From an uncultured virus (IMG/VR IMGVR_UViG_3300042297_000490) (taxonomy: Duplodnaviria > Heunggongvirae > Uroviricota > Caudoviricetes): a stretch of DNA of 64,000 nucleotides. Both the position numbers and the translations under genes were made by a program. The stretch lies in IMG/VR virus record IMGVR_UViG_3300042297_000490. One strand, given 5' to 3'. Below, one piece after another: positions 22,213-32,348 of this stretch. The stretch's first letter is position 1. Every line of letters begins with the position of its first letter. The notes under the pieces are model-generated. The model had not been told where the DNA came from and did no database searches. It saw only the letters and a program-made list of their open reading frames with translations.

Positions 22213-23466
22213 TTAATTAAGTTTAATTACTTTACCTGATTCTTTTAGGTGGTCTGCATCGCCACTGATAGTTGATAATACCCATAACATGTTTTTTACA
22301 GGGTTATCTGGTAGCGGTGCTTCACCATCTGTTAGATAGATGAGGGTAGAGAAACGATTACGGTGCTGATGATAGTAATTGACTACCGGATTAAAGTCAG
22401 TACCACCACGTTGTTTGATGATGAGTTCTTTTTTAGGACTATACTTGATTGGCTCTTGCATTTGTGTGTCAGCGAATATCAATGTGAAATCGTGACCTGA
22501 TTTGTACATGTGCTTAATCTCTCCAAGAAATTCCATTATTTCTGGTGTTGATACTGAAGCCGATGAATCTATACCGATGAGGATATGCGAATGCTCGTGT
22601 ATGCGGATACCAAAATCATGTTCGAATCGTTTGGACTTCTTGCGTTTTGTTTTGCGTACAGATGTCTTAATTGAGTTCCCAATAAATCTACGTAGGTATG
22701 CTTTCCAATTGAACTTTGGTGGTTCAATGTTTAGTAATGCTCCTATACGTTCTTCTATCTCACTTGGATATGTACCTCTTGATTTCTTTACTTGTTCTAT
22801 AGCATCACTAAGGATTGTTGCAAGTTGTCTATCTACAAGTTTTTGTTCTGCTTCTGATAGGTCTGTTGCTTCATCCCAATCATGTTCAGGTGTATTCATT
22901 GGTTTACCATTCATATCAACTTGTCCTGGATTATTTCCTTTAGGACCAGTTTGACTTGGATCACCTTGACCATCTTGCTGTTGATTTTTTGCATCGGCCA
23001 TAGCCTGCATAATCTTTTGCATAGTTGAGTCACCACCTTCTTGCTGTTGATTTAATTTTTCGTAATACTTATTACTACCTTCATGAGGTTTTAAATCATA
23101 GTGTGCTGGGTATTTATCAATCGTACATCCACCAACAGGAAGATATTGTTCATCAATCTTTTGATTAATCTCAATGTCCTTTGCTTGATTTGCAAGGTCG
23201 TGATTTTTCAAATGTTTGTAATCACTTAAATGGAAAAATGCTATGTGCATTAATTCGTGAATGATTAATCCCTTGCGTTCTTTTTCATTCAATGTATTCC
23301 AAAATTCAGGATTGATATATAGTTTGTAGTTAATACCTTGCAAACCAACTCCTGCTGTCTTTACCTTTGTGCTACTCCATTCTTTCTGTAGGTTTAATAA
23401 AAGTAATCCGTAGAACGGTTGTTCTAGCATTATCTGTTTACATACCTTCGTTAAACTCTGTTGCAT
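22213..23466 (-). CDS. DUF2201-type metallopeptidase + vWA domain protein
   Basis: HELMH, IDSSAS (MIDAS-like), GGTDF, LTDGE. Confidence 0.88.
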   Translation of the reverse strand: MQQSLTKVCKQIMLEQPFYGLLLLNLQKEWSSTKVKTAGVGLQGINYKLYINPEFWNTLNEKERKGLIIHELMHIAFFHLSDYKHLKNHDLANQAKDIEINQKIDEQYLPVGGCTIDKYPAHYDLKPHEGSNKYYEKLNQQQEGGDSTMQKIMQAMADAKNQQQDGQGDPSQTGPKGNNPGQVDMNGKPMNTPEHDWDEATDLSEAEQKLVDRQLATILSDAIEQVKKSRGTYPSEIEERIGALLNIEPPKFNWKAYLRRFIGNSIKTSVRKTKRKKSKRFEHDFGIRIHEHSHILIGIDSSASVSTPEIMEFLGEIKHMYKSGHDFTLIFADTQMQEPIKYSPKKELIIKQRGGTDFNPVVNYYHQHRNRFSTLIYLTDGEAPLPDNPVKNMLWVLSTISGDADHLKESGKVIKLN

Positions 23467-23902
23467 ATATTTCTAATGATTTAATTTTAGATTCCAATTC
23501 ACGTTCATCACTGTTTGACATACTGTGATTTTTTGTGATGAAACTTAATAAGTTTTTGTTTACCATGTAGAAATGGTGATTTAAACTATCTGCATCAATG
23601 TTGGTTAAGTTTCTTTGAATGTATTCAGATATATTACTCAAGACGCTCATTCTATCTTTGATACCTACACCAAGTTGTTGACGTATGTATTCACCAACTG
23701 CTTGTTGTTCTGTTGTAGCAGGAACGCTTCCTAATATGTAGAACCAATCTACTACGTTTGATGTGCTTAATTTACCCATCAGTATTCCATATCCCAACAT
23801 TCTTGCTTGTGCATCATTGCTGGTTATTAATTCTTTTATTTTCTTTTTGTATAGCATTTTTGAACGCTGGTTTAAAAAATAGTTTTGTACTCTCCGGACC
23901 AT
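23438..23902 (-). CDS. Hypothetical protein
   Basis: ORF between primase and vWA genes; probable start MLYKK. Confidence 0.55.
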   Translation of the reverse strand: MVRRVQNYFLNQRSKMLYKKKIKELITSNDAQARMLGYGILMGKLSTSNVVDWFYILGSVPATTEQQAVGEYIRQQLGVGIKDRMSVLSNISEYIQRNLTNIDADSLNHHFYMVNKNLLSFITKNHSMSNSDERELESKIKSLEIYATEFNEGM

Positions 23903-24842
23903 GCTCTTTAATGCAATCGGCCATGTCGTTTTCTACAGTGAAATAGATGTAAGGAATACCATATAAATCTTTATACTCTTTCATTGCTTTCATTCCAGCA
24001 ATGTCATTGTCGAACATAGTAAAGATATACTTGTACTGACTTCTATAATACTCAATTCTTTCTACAGGAATGTGTACGTTTTCACTGTCTGGAGCAATTA
24101 ACTCAAAGTCTTTTAACTTCATTGATTGAAATGCACCAATATCTTTTAGTGATGCTGCTATGATTAAGCATTGTCTGCTATAAGTTAATTGTTCTTCACC
24201 TTGAATGAACTCTTTTACTTTTAAAAATTTAGCTTTTTTATTGCGTGGATTATAAATTTTGCACAACTCTCCATACTTATTGAAGTAACCATAACTTATT
24301 GGTGTTGGGAATAGCATGTGTTGTGCTACACCATTTTTAGTTATAGTCATTGTGTATTCTGAAATTGGTTTGACTTGATATTTATTCAGAAAACTACCAC
24401 CTATATGGTAATCTTTCCAGTATTCTTCATCTAACTTATTCCATCTTCTTGTTTTGTAATCAGTAATTTCTTTGGTTACTTTTGATATGATTCCTTCAAC
24501 AACATAATCAATGTCTGTGTCATCTTTGAATATGTCTAATATTTTATAGAAAGCATCTTGTCTGGATAAATTAAAAAGATGTTCTGCTACATCTACATAA
24601 TCTCCATACTTTCCTGTAGAGAAATCTTTGAATCGATACATCCCATCATCTGCTAAAAATATAACCATTGATGGATCATTGTCTGCATCGTTAAATATAG
24701 ATTTGATTTTTACGGATTGACCGTCTAACTTCTCTTCTAGTTTTAATAATTTTTCAAATATTAATTTGCTCGGTATTGGAAAATTCTGGTGTGTGTAAAA
24801 TACAGCTTGTAACATAGAACAAATAAAAAAAGACCTATGCAT
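23814..24842 (-). CDS. DNA primase (Toprim)
   Basis: FKDFSTGKYGD N-terminal motif, SLKD, Toprim FDNDIAG, D-x-x-D. Confidence 0.8.
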   Translation of the reverse strand: MHRSFFICSMLQAVFYTHQNFPIPSKLIFEKLLKLEEKLDGQSVKIKSIFNDADNDPSMVIFLADDGMYRFKDFSTGKYGDYVDVAEHLFNLSRQDAFYKILDIFKDDTDIDYVVEGIISKVTKEITDYKTRRWNKLDEEYWKDYHIGGSFLNKYQVKPISEYTMTITKNGVAQHMLFPTPISYGYFNKYGELCKIYNPRNKKAKFLKVKEFIQGEEQLTYSRQCLIIAASLKDIGAFQSMKLKDFELIAPDSENVHIPVERIEYYRSQYKYIFTMFDNDIAGMKAMKEYKDLYGIPYIYFTVENDMADCIKEHGPESTKLFFKPAFKNAIQKENKRINNQQ

Positions 24843-24877
24843 AATGCACAGGCCTTTGGTTTATATTAAATTGTTAT

Positions 24878-25645
24878 TTAGTATGGTGCATCTTCATCAT
24901 CCATATCGAATAATGAATCATCGTCATCACCAGCAAATGTATCATCATCGTCATCAGCAGCATTGTTTAATGCTTCGCTTTCTTCAGCTTGCTTTTTATC
25001 TTTGATGATGTGAATTGATTTGTCGTACTCACCAACTTCTTCTTTTTCTGCAGCGATACATACTTTAACTTTTTCATCAGCAACATACGATTTGTAGTCA
25101 GGTAAGAACATGTAGTACACTGGGTATCCAGCTGTGTTGATTTTTTCTGTAGCTGCTAACAACCATTTGAAATAAACATCTTTAAATACCTTTGATCTGT
25201 TGAATCCATCAACAAACTCTTCAATCGTTTGAAATTTAGATTGATTTTCTGTAATCCAATTTGGAGTTTTAACAATGTTTAAAACCTTTTGGAAGAACTC
25301 ACCAATTTGTACAGCTACATTTCTTGTAACAGGCTTGCCTGTTTTCTTGTCATTGTAAGAGTATGCTTTGATTGGCCAGTTGGACATTTTGATTTTCTTT
25401 GTTTGTCCAAGGTACTGACCTTTTGATGGATCACCAAACACTTTGTCAAAGCCAACGAAGTCATTACCCATTGGTCTTGTTTCTAATTCAATGAACACTT
25501 CGTATTCAGGAACTGCAGGATCTTTTGGAGTTTTCTTTTTCTCAATACTGATTCTGTTAATTTTTGCAATTGCTTGCCCTGGTTTAATTTCTTTTGAAAC
25601 ATAAGTTCCACCTGTGTTCATTCCTGAAAAATCTAATCCGCTCAT
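24878..25645 (-). CDS. Probable single-stranded DNA-binding protein
   Basis: Strongly acidic C-terminal tail ending in an aromatic residue; lies between AAA_24 ATPase and primase. Confidence 0.6.
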   Translation of the reverse strand: MSGLDFSGMNTGGTYVSKEIKPGQAIAKINRISIEKKKTPKDPAVPEYEVFIELETRPMGNDFVGFDKVFGDPSKGQYLGQTKKIKMSNWPIKAYSYNDKKTGKPVTRNVAVQIGEFFQKVLNIVKTPNWITENQSKFQTIEEFVDGFNRSKVFKDVYFKWLLAATEKINTAGYPVYYMFLPDYKSYVADEKVKVCIAAEKEEVGEYDKSIHIIKDKKQAEESEALNNAADDDDDTFAGDDDDSLFDMDDEDAPY

Positions 25646-25674
25646 AACTTTTTTTTTAAAATTTTAATACTAAT

Positions 25675-26493
25675 TTATTTATTACTTTTTGTTGGTACAT
25701 ATATTTGATCCCAATGAGTTATCAAATTACCTTCTGTATCGTATTCGCTGATACATACTTCTCTTCCATCTAATCTTTTGATTTTACATCCAGTTAGAAT
25801 GTCATCACCTGGTTGGAAATATAAGTAGTTTTTACCACCTACTCTTGTCATATACGCAATAGCTTGTGCTGCTGCAGAGATCGACTGTTTATTTTTACCA
25901 ATAAGATTGATGTCATTCGATGTGAATTCAAGACCATCTCTCAAGATGTTTACTTCTTTGACGTGTGCAATATAGATAATATTTTCTGCACATGATTCAA
26001 TCAAACTTGTAAGTTGTTGAAATGCTTGACGAACATATTGGTAACCTGAACCATTCGGTAGGAATAGAATGCTTCCATACTTGAATTTCAAACTTTTCTT
26101 CTTGTCGATTTCCTTTGTTGCAGGATCTCTAACAATCCACGTACTACCCATTGGAGTTTTTCTGTACAGCATTTCAGCTTCAGGGATACAGAACTCTTCA
26201 AGTTTTGTCAACGTGTCGATGGTGATGTACTTGTAAGGTTTACCTGCTTCTTTAATCTTTGTTAAGATTTGACGCAACACACCTAAATTTTCAGCGTACA
26301 TAACCATACCATCTGCAGTCTGAATCTTATCTTCAAGGTTGATTACAAGATTGTTTTCTAATGCAGCAATTGCAGTAGTCTTACCAATCTTTGGTTTTCC
26401 GAAGACCAATAGAGGACTTGGATTAATTAATTTGCTCTTGGATGGAGCTGTAGGTAGAATGAAATCTGCTACTTCTTTGTTTTCATCGCTCAT
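25675..26493 (-). CDS. AAA_24/Sak4-like ATPase
   Basis: GKPKIGKT, ITIDTLT, YIAH. Confidence 0.8.
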   Translation of the reverse strand: MSDENKEVADFILPTAPSKSKLINPSPLLVFGKPKIGKTTAIAALENNLVINLEDKIQTADGMVMYAENLGVLRQILTKIKEAGKPYKYITIDTLTKLEEFCIPEAEMLYRKTPMGSTWIVRDPATKEIDKKKSLKFKYGSILFLPNGSGYQYVRQAFQQLTSLIESCAENIIYIAHVKEVNILRDGLEFTSNDINLIGKNKQSISAAAQAIAYMTRVGGKNYLYFQPGDDILTGCKIKRLDGREVCISEYDTEGNLITHWDQIYVPTKSNK

Positions 26494-27026
26494 TTATTAC
26501 TGGATTTAATGATTTCATTTAACCATGACTTATGACTTTTTGCTACCCCACCATGTATGCATGCATAATCGCGCAAAGTCATTGCTTCGAATGGTGCATC
26601 AGTATCTGGATCAGGAATATCAAAGTCTAAATCTTCTGGTACTTTACCTTGAATAGTTTTGTTAAAGGTTTCTTCAACCTCAAAGAACTCTTCTACCGGA
26701 ATCACGTAACGAATTACATCCGGTTGTTTTTCTGAACGAAACTGTGGATACTCTGTATTGTAGTGAGGATTAAACTTCCATACATACAGTGTTCTTTTTA
26801 TATCCGCTGGTTCAAAATCAAATGTGCTACGTTCTAAATATATATCTACACCTTTGGTTAATTCATTGGTGAAGAATGAACATACTTCTCTTCCTTTGTC
26901 GTCAAAGTAAAACGGTCTTGGTGAAAAGAATGGTCCAACTACTTTTAATTTTCTGAACGTATCAACATGTTCTTTGAACATTAGAGTGACCTTTTCTTTC
27001 TTTGTTAATACGATTTTTTTTGCCAT
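26490..27026 (-). CDS. Hypothetical replication-module protein
   Basis: 178-aa coupled ORF. Confidence 0.6.
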   Translation of the reverse strand: MAKKIVLTKKEKVTLMFKEHVDTFRKLKVVGPFFSPRPFYFDDKGREVCSFFTNELTKGVDIYLERSTFDFEPADIKRTLYVWKFNPHYNTEYPQFRSEKQPDVIRYVIPVEEFFEVEETFNKTIQGKVPEDLDFDIPDPDTDAPFEAMTLRDYACIHGGVAKSHKSWLNEIIKSSNK

Positions 27027-27030
27027 GATT

Positions 27031-28005
27031 TTATTTTTGGTCTTGTCCTGGTGTATCCATCTCGGCTATTTGCATACGTGCAAACTCTGCCTTATAGAAT
27101 GTTAAACCTGTCTGACCATTACGTGACTTAATCCAATGGAATACAAGCGTGTTGTCATCTTCTATTATGTATCTATCAGGACCATAGTATGAGATGTTTC
27201 TTTTTGCTGGTCTGTTAATACCGACAACGATGTCCGCATGCTGTAGTAAACCATCACCACCATAAATGTCCGACTCTAAAATGTAATTACCGTACTTGCC
27301 ATTCTCGTTTCGTTCAGGTCTATCAGTATCCCTGTTTAATTGAGTTAATAGAATGAATGCAATAGGGTATTTCTTTTTTAGTTCCGTACATACCTCACCA
27401 AGGTTGGCTAGCATTTCTTGTTTACTTGATTCCTCTTTTACTTTTTTAATAAGTACCGAGTGGTCAAGGGTAACAACGGTGTGTTGATAATGTTTAGTTC
27501 CATCTTCTGTTTCTATAGCATGCTTTGCCATATACTGCATGATTTCAGTTCTAAACTCTTTAACTGTTACTGCTTCATCAATAATATCAATTGGATATTT
27601 TGCTGCACTGATTGCATACTGATGACATTGTTTGATGAACTTATCATCTATAACAATTCCTTCTTCAGCTGAACTACACAATTCTTTATATGATAATCCA
27701 GTAACAGACGAGAACTCTCTAATCTTTGATGTTCTTCCAAACATTTCTAACTGAAAGGATAATACTCGTAAAGATAAACCAGGGTTTAATCCGAAGCCTT
27801 CTCTAATTATTTGATCAACAAATAATGTTTTACCTGATGCAGGTCTTGCACCAATCAACGTAATAGTATTGAACTCCAAACCTTGCATTGTACAGTCGTT
27901 AAAGGTAGCCCAAGGGGTTTTAAAGGTATGTATTGTACCCTTTTGCCTACCTCTCATGTACTTTAATGCATCTTGGTAATGATCTTTATGACTTTTCCAT
28001 TTCAT
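27031..28005 (-). CDS. dnaB: DnaB-like replicative helicase
   Basis: GARPASGKT, SFQLEM, LDH, LTQLNR, QHADIV, KSRNG. Confidence 0.9.
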   Translation of the reverse strand: MKWKSHKDHYQDALKYMRGRQKGTIHTFKTPWATFNDCTMQGLEFNTITLIGARPASGKTLFVDQIIREGFGLNPGLSLRVLSFQLEMFGRTSKIREFSSVTGLSYKELCSSAEEGIVIDDKFIKQCHQYAISAAKYPIDIIDEAVTVKEFRTEIMQYMAKHAIETEDGTKHYQHTVVTLDHSVLIKKVKEESSKQEMLANLGEVCTELKKKYPIAFILLTQLNRDTDRPERNENGKYGNYILESDIYGGDGLLQHADIVVGINRPAKRNISYYGPDRYIIEDDNTLVFHWIKSRNGQTGLTFYKAEFARMQIAEMDTPGQDQK

Positions 28006-28607
28006 CTTCTGCTTAATACTTTAATTGTGTGTGACTTTGGTTCCAAGTAATCTTCTTTCTTTAAATATTTATCACACCAGTTACCTAATTCAGATACAAC
28101 CATCTTTTCTGCATTTGCTTTGCGTATAAAATACATTGAGGTCTTCATAAATTTATATGAATCCATTTTATATTTCTGAACATACATAGCAGTAGCACCT
28201 AGGATTACATCCCAAGTATAGTTATACTCTTGAAAGAACCATTTGAAATTAGTTTCTAAATTCTTTACGTGAGTTCTTGCATAAGCACCTGATGGAAGTT
28301 TTTCTTTAGGAAAGATTTCATTATACTTTTCTACCTTTTCAGGATAATCATTTCCAAGCAGCTCATCAATCTTTAAGTTCTTTCTTGTTGCAAACAAATC
28401 ATCTATTCTTGTAAGAACTTTCATTGCTTTTTCAGTAAGAACAATACCTATTTCTGTATCAATATATAGATCAGGGTTAAGTTTTTCAAGATGCTTTTCA
28501 TCGATGGGTTCTTGGTTATATATCTTATGAATAAGAACGTATGCCGAGATTGGAATACCATCTTTTTTTAATCTATCGAACAACGAAGTTTGTTTTAATT
28601 TTTTCAT
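28002..28607 (-). CDS. Hypothetical protein, possible helicase loader or initiator
   Basis: Coupled to dnaB; function inferred from position only. Confidence 0.45.
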   Translation of the reverse strand: MKKLKQTSLFDRLKKDGIPISAYVLIHKIYNQEPIDEKHLEKLNPDLYIDTEIGIVLTEKAMKVLTRIDDLFATRKNLKIDELLGNDYPEKVEKYNEIFPKEKLPSGAYARTHVKNLETNFKWFFQEYNYTWDVILGATAMYVQKYKMDSYKFMKTSMYFIRKANAEKMVVSELGNWCDKYLKKEDYLEPKSHTIKVLSRR

Positions 28608-28617
28608 AAGAGGGCTA

Positions 28618-28625
28618 CAAATTTA
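28618..28625 (-). promoter_or_regulatory. Bacteroidota-type -7 promoter element
   Basis: Minus strand TAAATTTG(TAGCC), 10 nt upstream of the ATG at 28607. Confidence 0.6.
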
Positions 28626-29204
28626 CCAATTTAATTTTGTTCTTTCATTCTTTTCAAGAACTTTATTTATGTTATTAATTGTTTTGCTCTTATTTTCTTC
28701 ATCTTGCCAGAAAGGACTGGTGATTTTAGGTAAAAAGAATTTGTAACTAACCAGTGATAAAGAACTTGAAGCTGGATATGTTAATGGACTAATGAATATA
28801 ATTGGAACGTGACTTGTATTTTCTGATACAAATTCCAATACATTTTCATTAAAGAATTTCCACAAACTTCCATGTGCATTTTCTATTGATGCATCATCGC
28901 TATCTGTTCTGTTTAAAACAAGACGAAACGTTTGATCATCTAACTCAAATGGTAATTCTTCATGTGCAAATGTTACAACGACAGCCTTTAAAGATTGAAA
29001 ATTTACACGAAAGAATTCATTGAACCAATCTTTTAATGCTGGTGTAAACTTTACACCCTTTGTCATATCAGTTAATAGGGTATCCATTAAATTTTTGTGT
29101 GCGTAACCTTGTATATATGGCTGAAGTAATTCATGCCAAGAACTCGTTGCGAGTTTCAGGTCTAATTTATTATTAATATCTTTGATTTTTAAATCATTAC
29201 TCAT
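28623..29204 (-). CDS. Degenerate family-1 uracil-DNA glycosylase homologue
   Basis: SWHELL..KFTP..DWFNEF..LKAVVV, HGSLWKFF, NKVLEKN..LNW follow the UNG scaffold; GQDPY and HPSP motifs absent. Confidence 0.65.
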   Translation of the reverse strand: MSNDLKIKDINNKLDLKLATSSWHELLQPYIQGYAHKNLMDTLLTDMTKGVKFTPALKDWFNEFFRVNFQSLKAVVVTFAHEELPFELDDQTFRLVLNRTDSDDASIENAHGSLWKFFNENVLEFVSENTSHVPIIFISPLTYPASSSLSLVSYKFFLPKITSPFWQDEENKSKTINNINKVLEKNERTKLNW

Positions 29205-29517
29205 GTCGAATAAATTAAAGTTAAAAAGATTAAAAGAGGGTTGTACAGTTAGTATTGAACTTAACCCTTTTGTACACATGATGCTTCGTGATCAAGCGTT
29301 ACAAATGTTATCTAAATTAGAGGATGCTCCGGTTACTCTTGAAACTATTTCAAATGACAATTCATTTCTTACCTTTGAAGAAGCCCAGCTTAAACTGTAT
29401 TTGGCTTTAATTAAAGAGATTGAAGTTGTTGCTGAACGTGAAGAGAAGTTAGAAGATTATGAGTTTGAGTTTGAAATTGAAGGTGAACAACCTACTTCAG
29501 ATCCTTCTGAAAGTTAA
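29203..29517 (+). CDS. Lone antisense hypothetical gene within the leftward operon
   Basis: 104-aa ORF (MSNKLKL...) filling a ~290-nt gap; phage-like composition. Confidence 0.65.
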   Translation: MSNKLKLKRLKEGCTVSIELNPFVHMMLRDQALQMLSKLEDAPVTLETISNDNSFLTFEEAQLKLYLALIKEIEVVAEREEKLEDYEFEFEIEGEQPTSDPSES

Positions 29518-29887
29518 TACCTACAAATTCTCCAACAAGGTATATCTTTTCGATAACATCAGATAACTCTTTCCTAGAGAGGTCTGCAAAAGACTTGTAC
29601 TTTTTTTGATGGTCCACATAAAAGGTCAATCCACATTGATCTTTTATGTCCATCTTTGTTTTCTTTACATCCTCACCAGTTTCATCTGCAATTTCTTTTA
29701 ACATTACATGAATCTTTGCGAGCTGTGATTTGGTATTGTCTGGTTCATCTGCTTCAAAGATTGTATCAATGATGTCATCAGGACCTAACGACTTAATAAA
29801 GTCTTTAAGTCTTTGTTTCATCAGTCCATCTTTAGGAACAAGTTTACCATTCTCTACGTGAAATCGTATCAAACAGGTTTTTTTCAT
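29492..29887 (-). CDS. NinB-like protein
   Basis: QLAKIHVMLKEIADETG...KSFADLSRKELSDVIE resembles NinB/YbcN. Confidence 0.5.
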   Translation of the reverse strand: MKKTCLIRFHVENGKLVPKDGLMKQRLKDFIKSLGPDDIIDTIFEADEPDNTKSQLAKIHVMLKEIADETGEDVKKTKMDIKDQCGLTFYVDHQKKYKSFADLSRKELSDVIEKIYLVGEFVGINFQKDLK

Positions 29888-30057
29888 TAACTACCGCAGT
29901 ATAAACAACCATCGTCATCATCCTCTTCAGGATTGTTAACGATGTTTGGGTTTAATTGTTTTTTTAAATCATATATCTGCTGTTGGATTTCTCCATCTTC
30001 AAATAAATTTCCAGTCAACTTACTTTTAAGTTCCTGGATTTGTTCTTCTATACTCAT
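29887..30057 (-). CDS. 56-aa protein ending EEDDDDGCLYCGS (below ORF-track cutoff)
   Basis: Translated by hand; ATGA overlap upstream and TAATG overlap downstream. Confidence 0.75.
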   Translation of the reverse strand: MSIEEQIQELKSKLTGNLFEDGEIQQQIYDLKKQLNPNIVNNPEEDDDDGCLYCGS

Positions 30058-32088
30058 TTGTTGTATGGTTTGATTGTAAAGTAAGATACGTATGGATCAT
30101 CAAATAGTTTCATCTTTTTTGCAAGATAGCATTTAACAATATCACAGGCATATTCGACAAAGGTTTCATACTCGTTTGGATCCATGTTGTTGGCCGACAA
30201 ATAATTTTTTAGCATCGTTTCATTGATTGATTCTAATATTTCATACGCTTCTGGTATAAGTTCATCAATGTACTCTTGATCGCAGTGCTTTATTTTTAAT
30301 TGTGGTTCGCCAACATAAACTCTTTCATTGCAGATTAATGTTACTACTCGTTTACTAATCCACATGCTGTCGTATGGGTGTTTTGTCATTATGATATTGT
30401 TTAAGTACATACTAACAATAATATAATGTTTTTAATTGACACTCTCCCATTCTTTTCCTTGAATAGTATCATCTAACTTTTCATAGTCTTCTATAGTTGA
30501 CCAATCTTCGTCATCTATCAATCGTTCCCATTCTTCATCACTAATAGTACCATGATCGTGTGTTTCAGTTTCTTCAGGGTTTGTTAAATAATAACAACTA
30601 TCAAATTCTTCATCTGTTAAATAACGATGTTCTAAAATTGGTTCTTCACCTTCTTCTACATCTCCATGGTTTAATCGATAGTGTTCATATATTTTATTAC
30701 CTGATTCTTCTGCTTCTTGAATAAAATCAACTGTAAATTTTAATGCAAGCCATTTAACATTTTCTGGATTAGAATTCCATTTTGAGTCATATCTGATTTG
30801 AATAAAAGGATTGTCAATTTCTGATTCTTCATTTACATTTTCATCTTCAACACTTATGTTGAAAAAGTAACCATCTTCAGGTGCATCTTGTATAATTGGT
30901 ACAACACCCATTCCTGTTTCGATAGCTCTTGTTTCCATGTCCTTAAATATCTTTAGCAATTGCTGTAGATTTTCGCGAGGACCTTCAAAAGTTACATTGT
31001 TCCAACACCAATTAGCCATTTCAGTCGAATTCTGGGTTAATGCCAACAGTTTGGCCATAATGATGTCGTAGTTTAGAACTTGGGCCATTCTTTGGGAATA
31101 ACTTTCGGTTCCTGTGCTTGTTGTCTTTCTTCATTTACTTTGATTTTTGATATGTGAATTAAAGTATATTTTTCTTCATCGTAACTTTTACTACGTACTG
31201 GATACAACATACCTTTGATGAACTCCATGTAATGTTCTTTGATGAAACTATCGTGATCTGGTAAAGGATTGTAACTATACAATAAATGATGCACAGATGC
31301 ATGATTAGTTACGTTAATTATTTCAGCAATTTCACGAAGATTGTATCCTGCTGCAAATGCAAGTTTTGCTGTATGATATTTCATAGCAACCATGTGTGTT
31401 GAACGATGCTTGTATCCAGCAAAGTAACTACCAGCAAGTTGTAATACAGGATTGTTTTCTCTTACTGCGTTAGGATCTGTTTTACCATAGAGTTTATAAT
31501 TAATCTTTCCATGGTTCACCGTTGTAGATTCGTTTTTCATCTTTGGACAGTGTTTTGTAATTATATGTTGGTAATTTGGTACACAACATTTCTTTTTCAG
31601 TCATATATGGCTCGTTCTTATAGCCAAAGTAGATTGTATTTTCAAATAAGCAGTTGTCATACCACCTAGTTAATTGTGAATAGACCATAATGGACTGTTC
31701 AATTTCTTCTAAAGTTGTATTTTTTAATGTTGATGCTACTTCATTTGGTGTACAACCACCTATTATCATTTCAGATACTTTCTTGTGCCATGATTGATCA
31801 CGCGATGTGAAACACATCAGGTTTAATCATTTCTTCGATTTCAGCATGTGCTTTAGCCATATCTTCTGTATAGATTGCAAATCGTTTTGGACTCCAGTAG
31901 TGATAGGGAAAACAGTTTTCTCCAAGAGGTTTTTCAATGATGTGAAAGCCTTGTGCTTGCGATGATAGTAAAAACTCTACACCGCCTACTGTGTACACTT
32001 CTTGGTCAACAACACGACAATCAATTGGAATTTCCATAGGAATATTCTTGTCGTCTATGCATATTACTTTAAATGGTTCTACTTGCAT
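30054..32088 (-). CDS. Five hypothetical genes (30054-30410; 30432-31088, ferredoxin-like DUF1281/YubB-like MANWCWN; 31073-31540, HTH-like; 31500-31817; 31798-32088)
   Basis: Coupled ORFs; weak motif resemblance only. Confidence 0.5.
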
Positions 32089-32348
32089 TAATTTGCTGAT
32101 ATTAATTCGGTTTTTAATCCCAATTTTTCAAGACTTTCCTGAATGGTAATTAAATCCATTATGTCACCTTCTTTTACGGTGCATCTACCTACGTTGTTTG
32201 CAATAACAATACATTGTTCTGCTTGAAAGAACTCGTGCTTGCAGTATCTTATTAAGGATGCTCTAACGTAGTCGTAACTATGTTCGCTGTCATTAAATAG
32301 TACCAAGTGTTTTTCTGATGTCATATCTGAAAATTTTAGTTTTGTCAA
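32088..32348 (-). CDS. clpS: ClpS adaptor protein
   Basis: LVLFNDSEHSYDYV..L...H...QAEQC...GRCTVKEG, Bacteroidota-type ClpS pattern. Confidence 0.8.
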   Translation of the reverse strand: MTKLKFSDMTSEKHLVLFNDSEHSYDYVRASLIRYCKHEFFQAEQCIVIANNVGRCTVKEGDIMDLITIQESLEKLGLKTELISAN

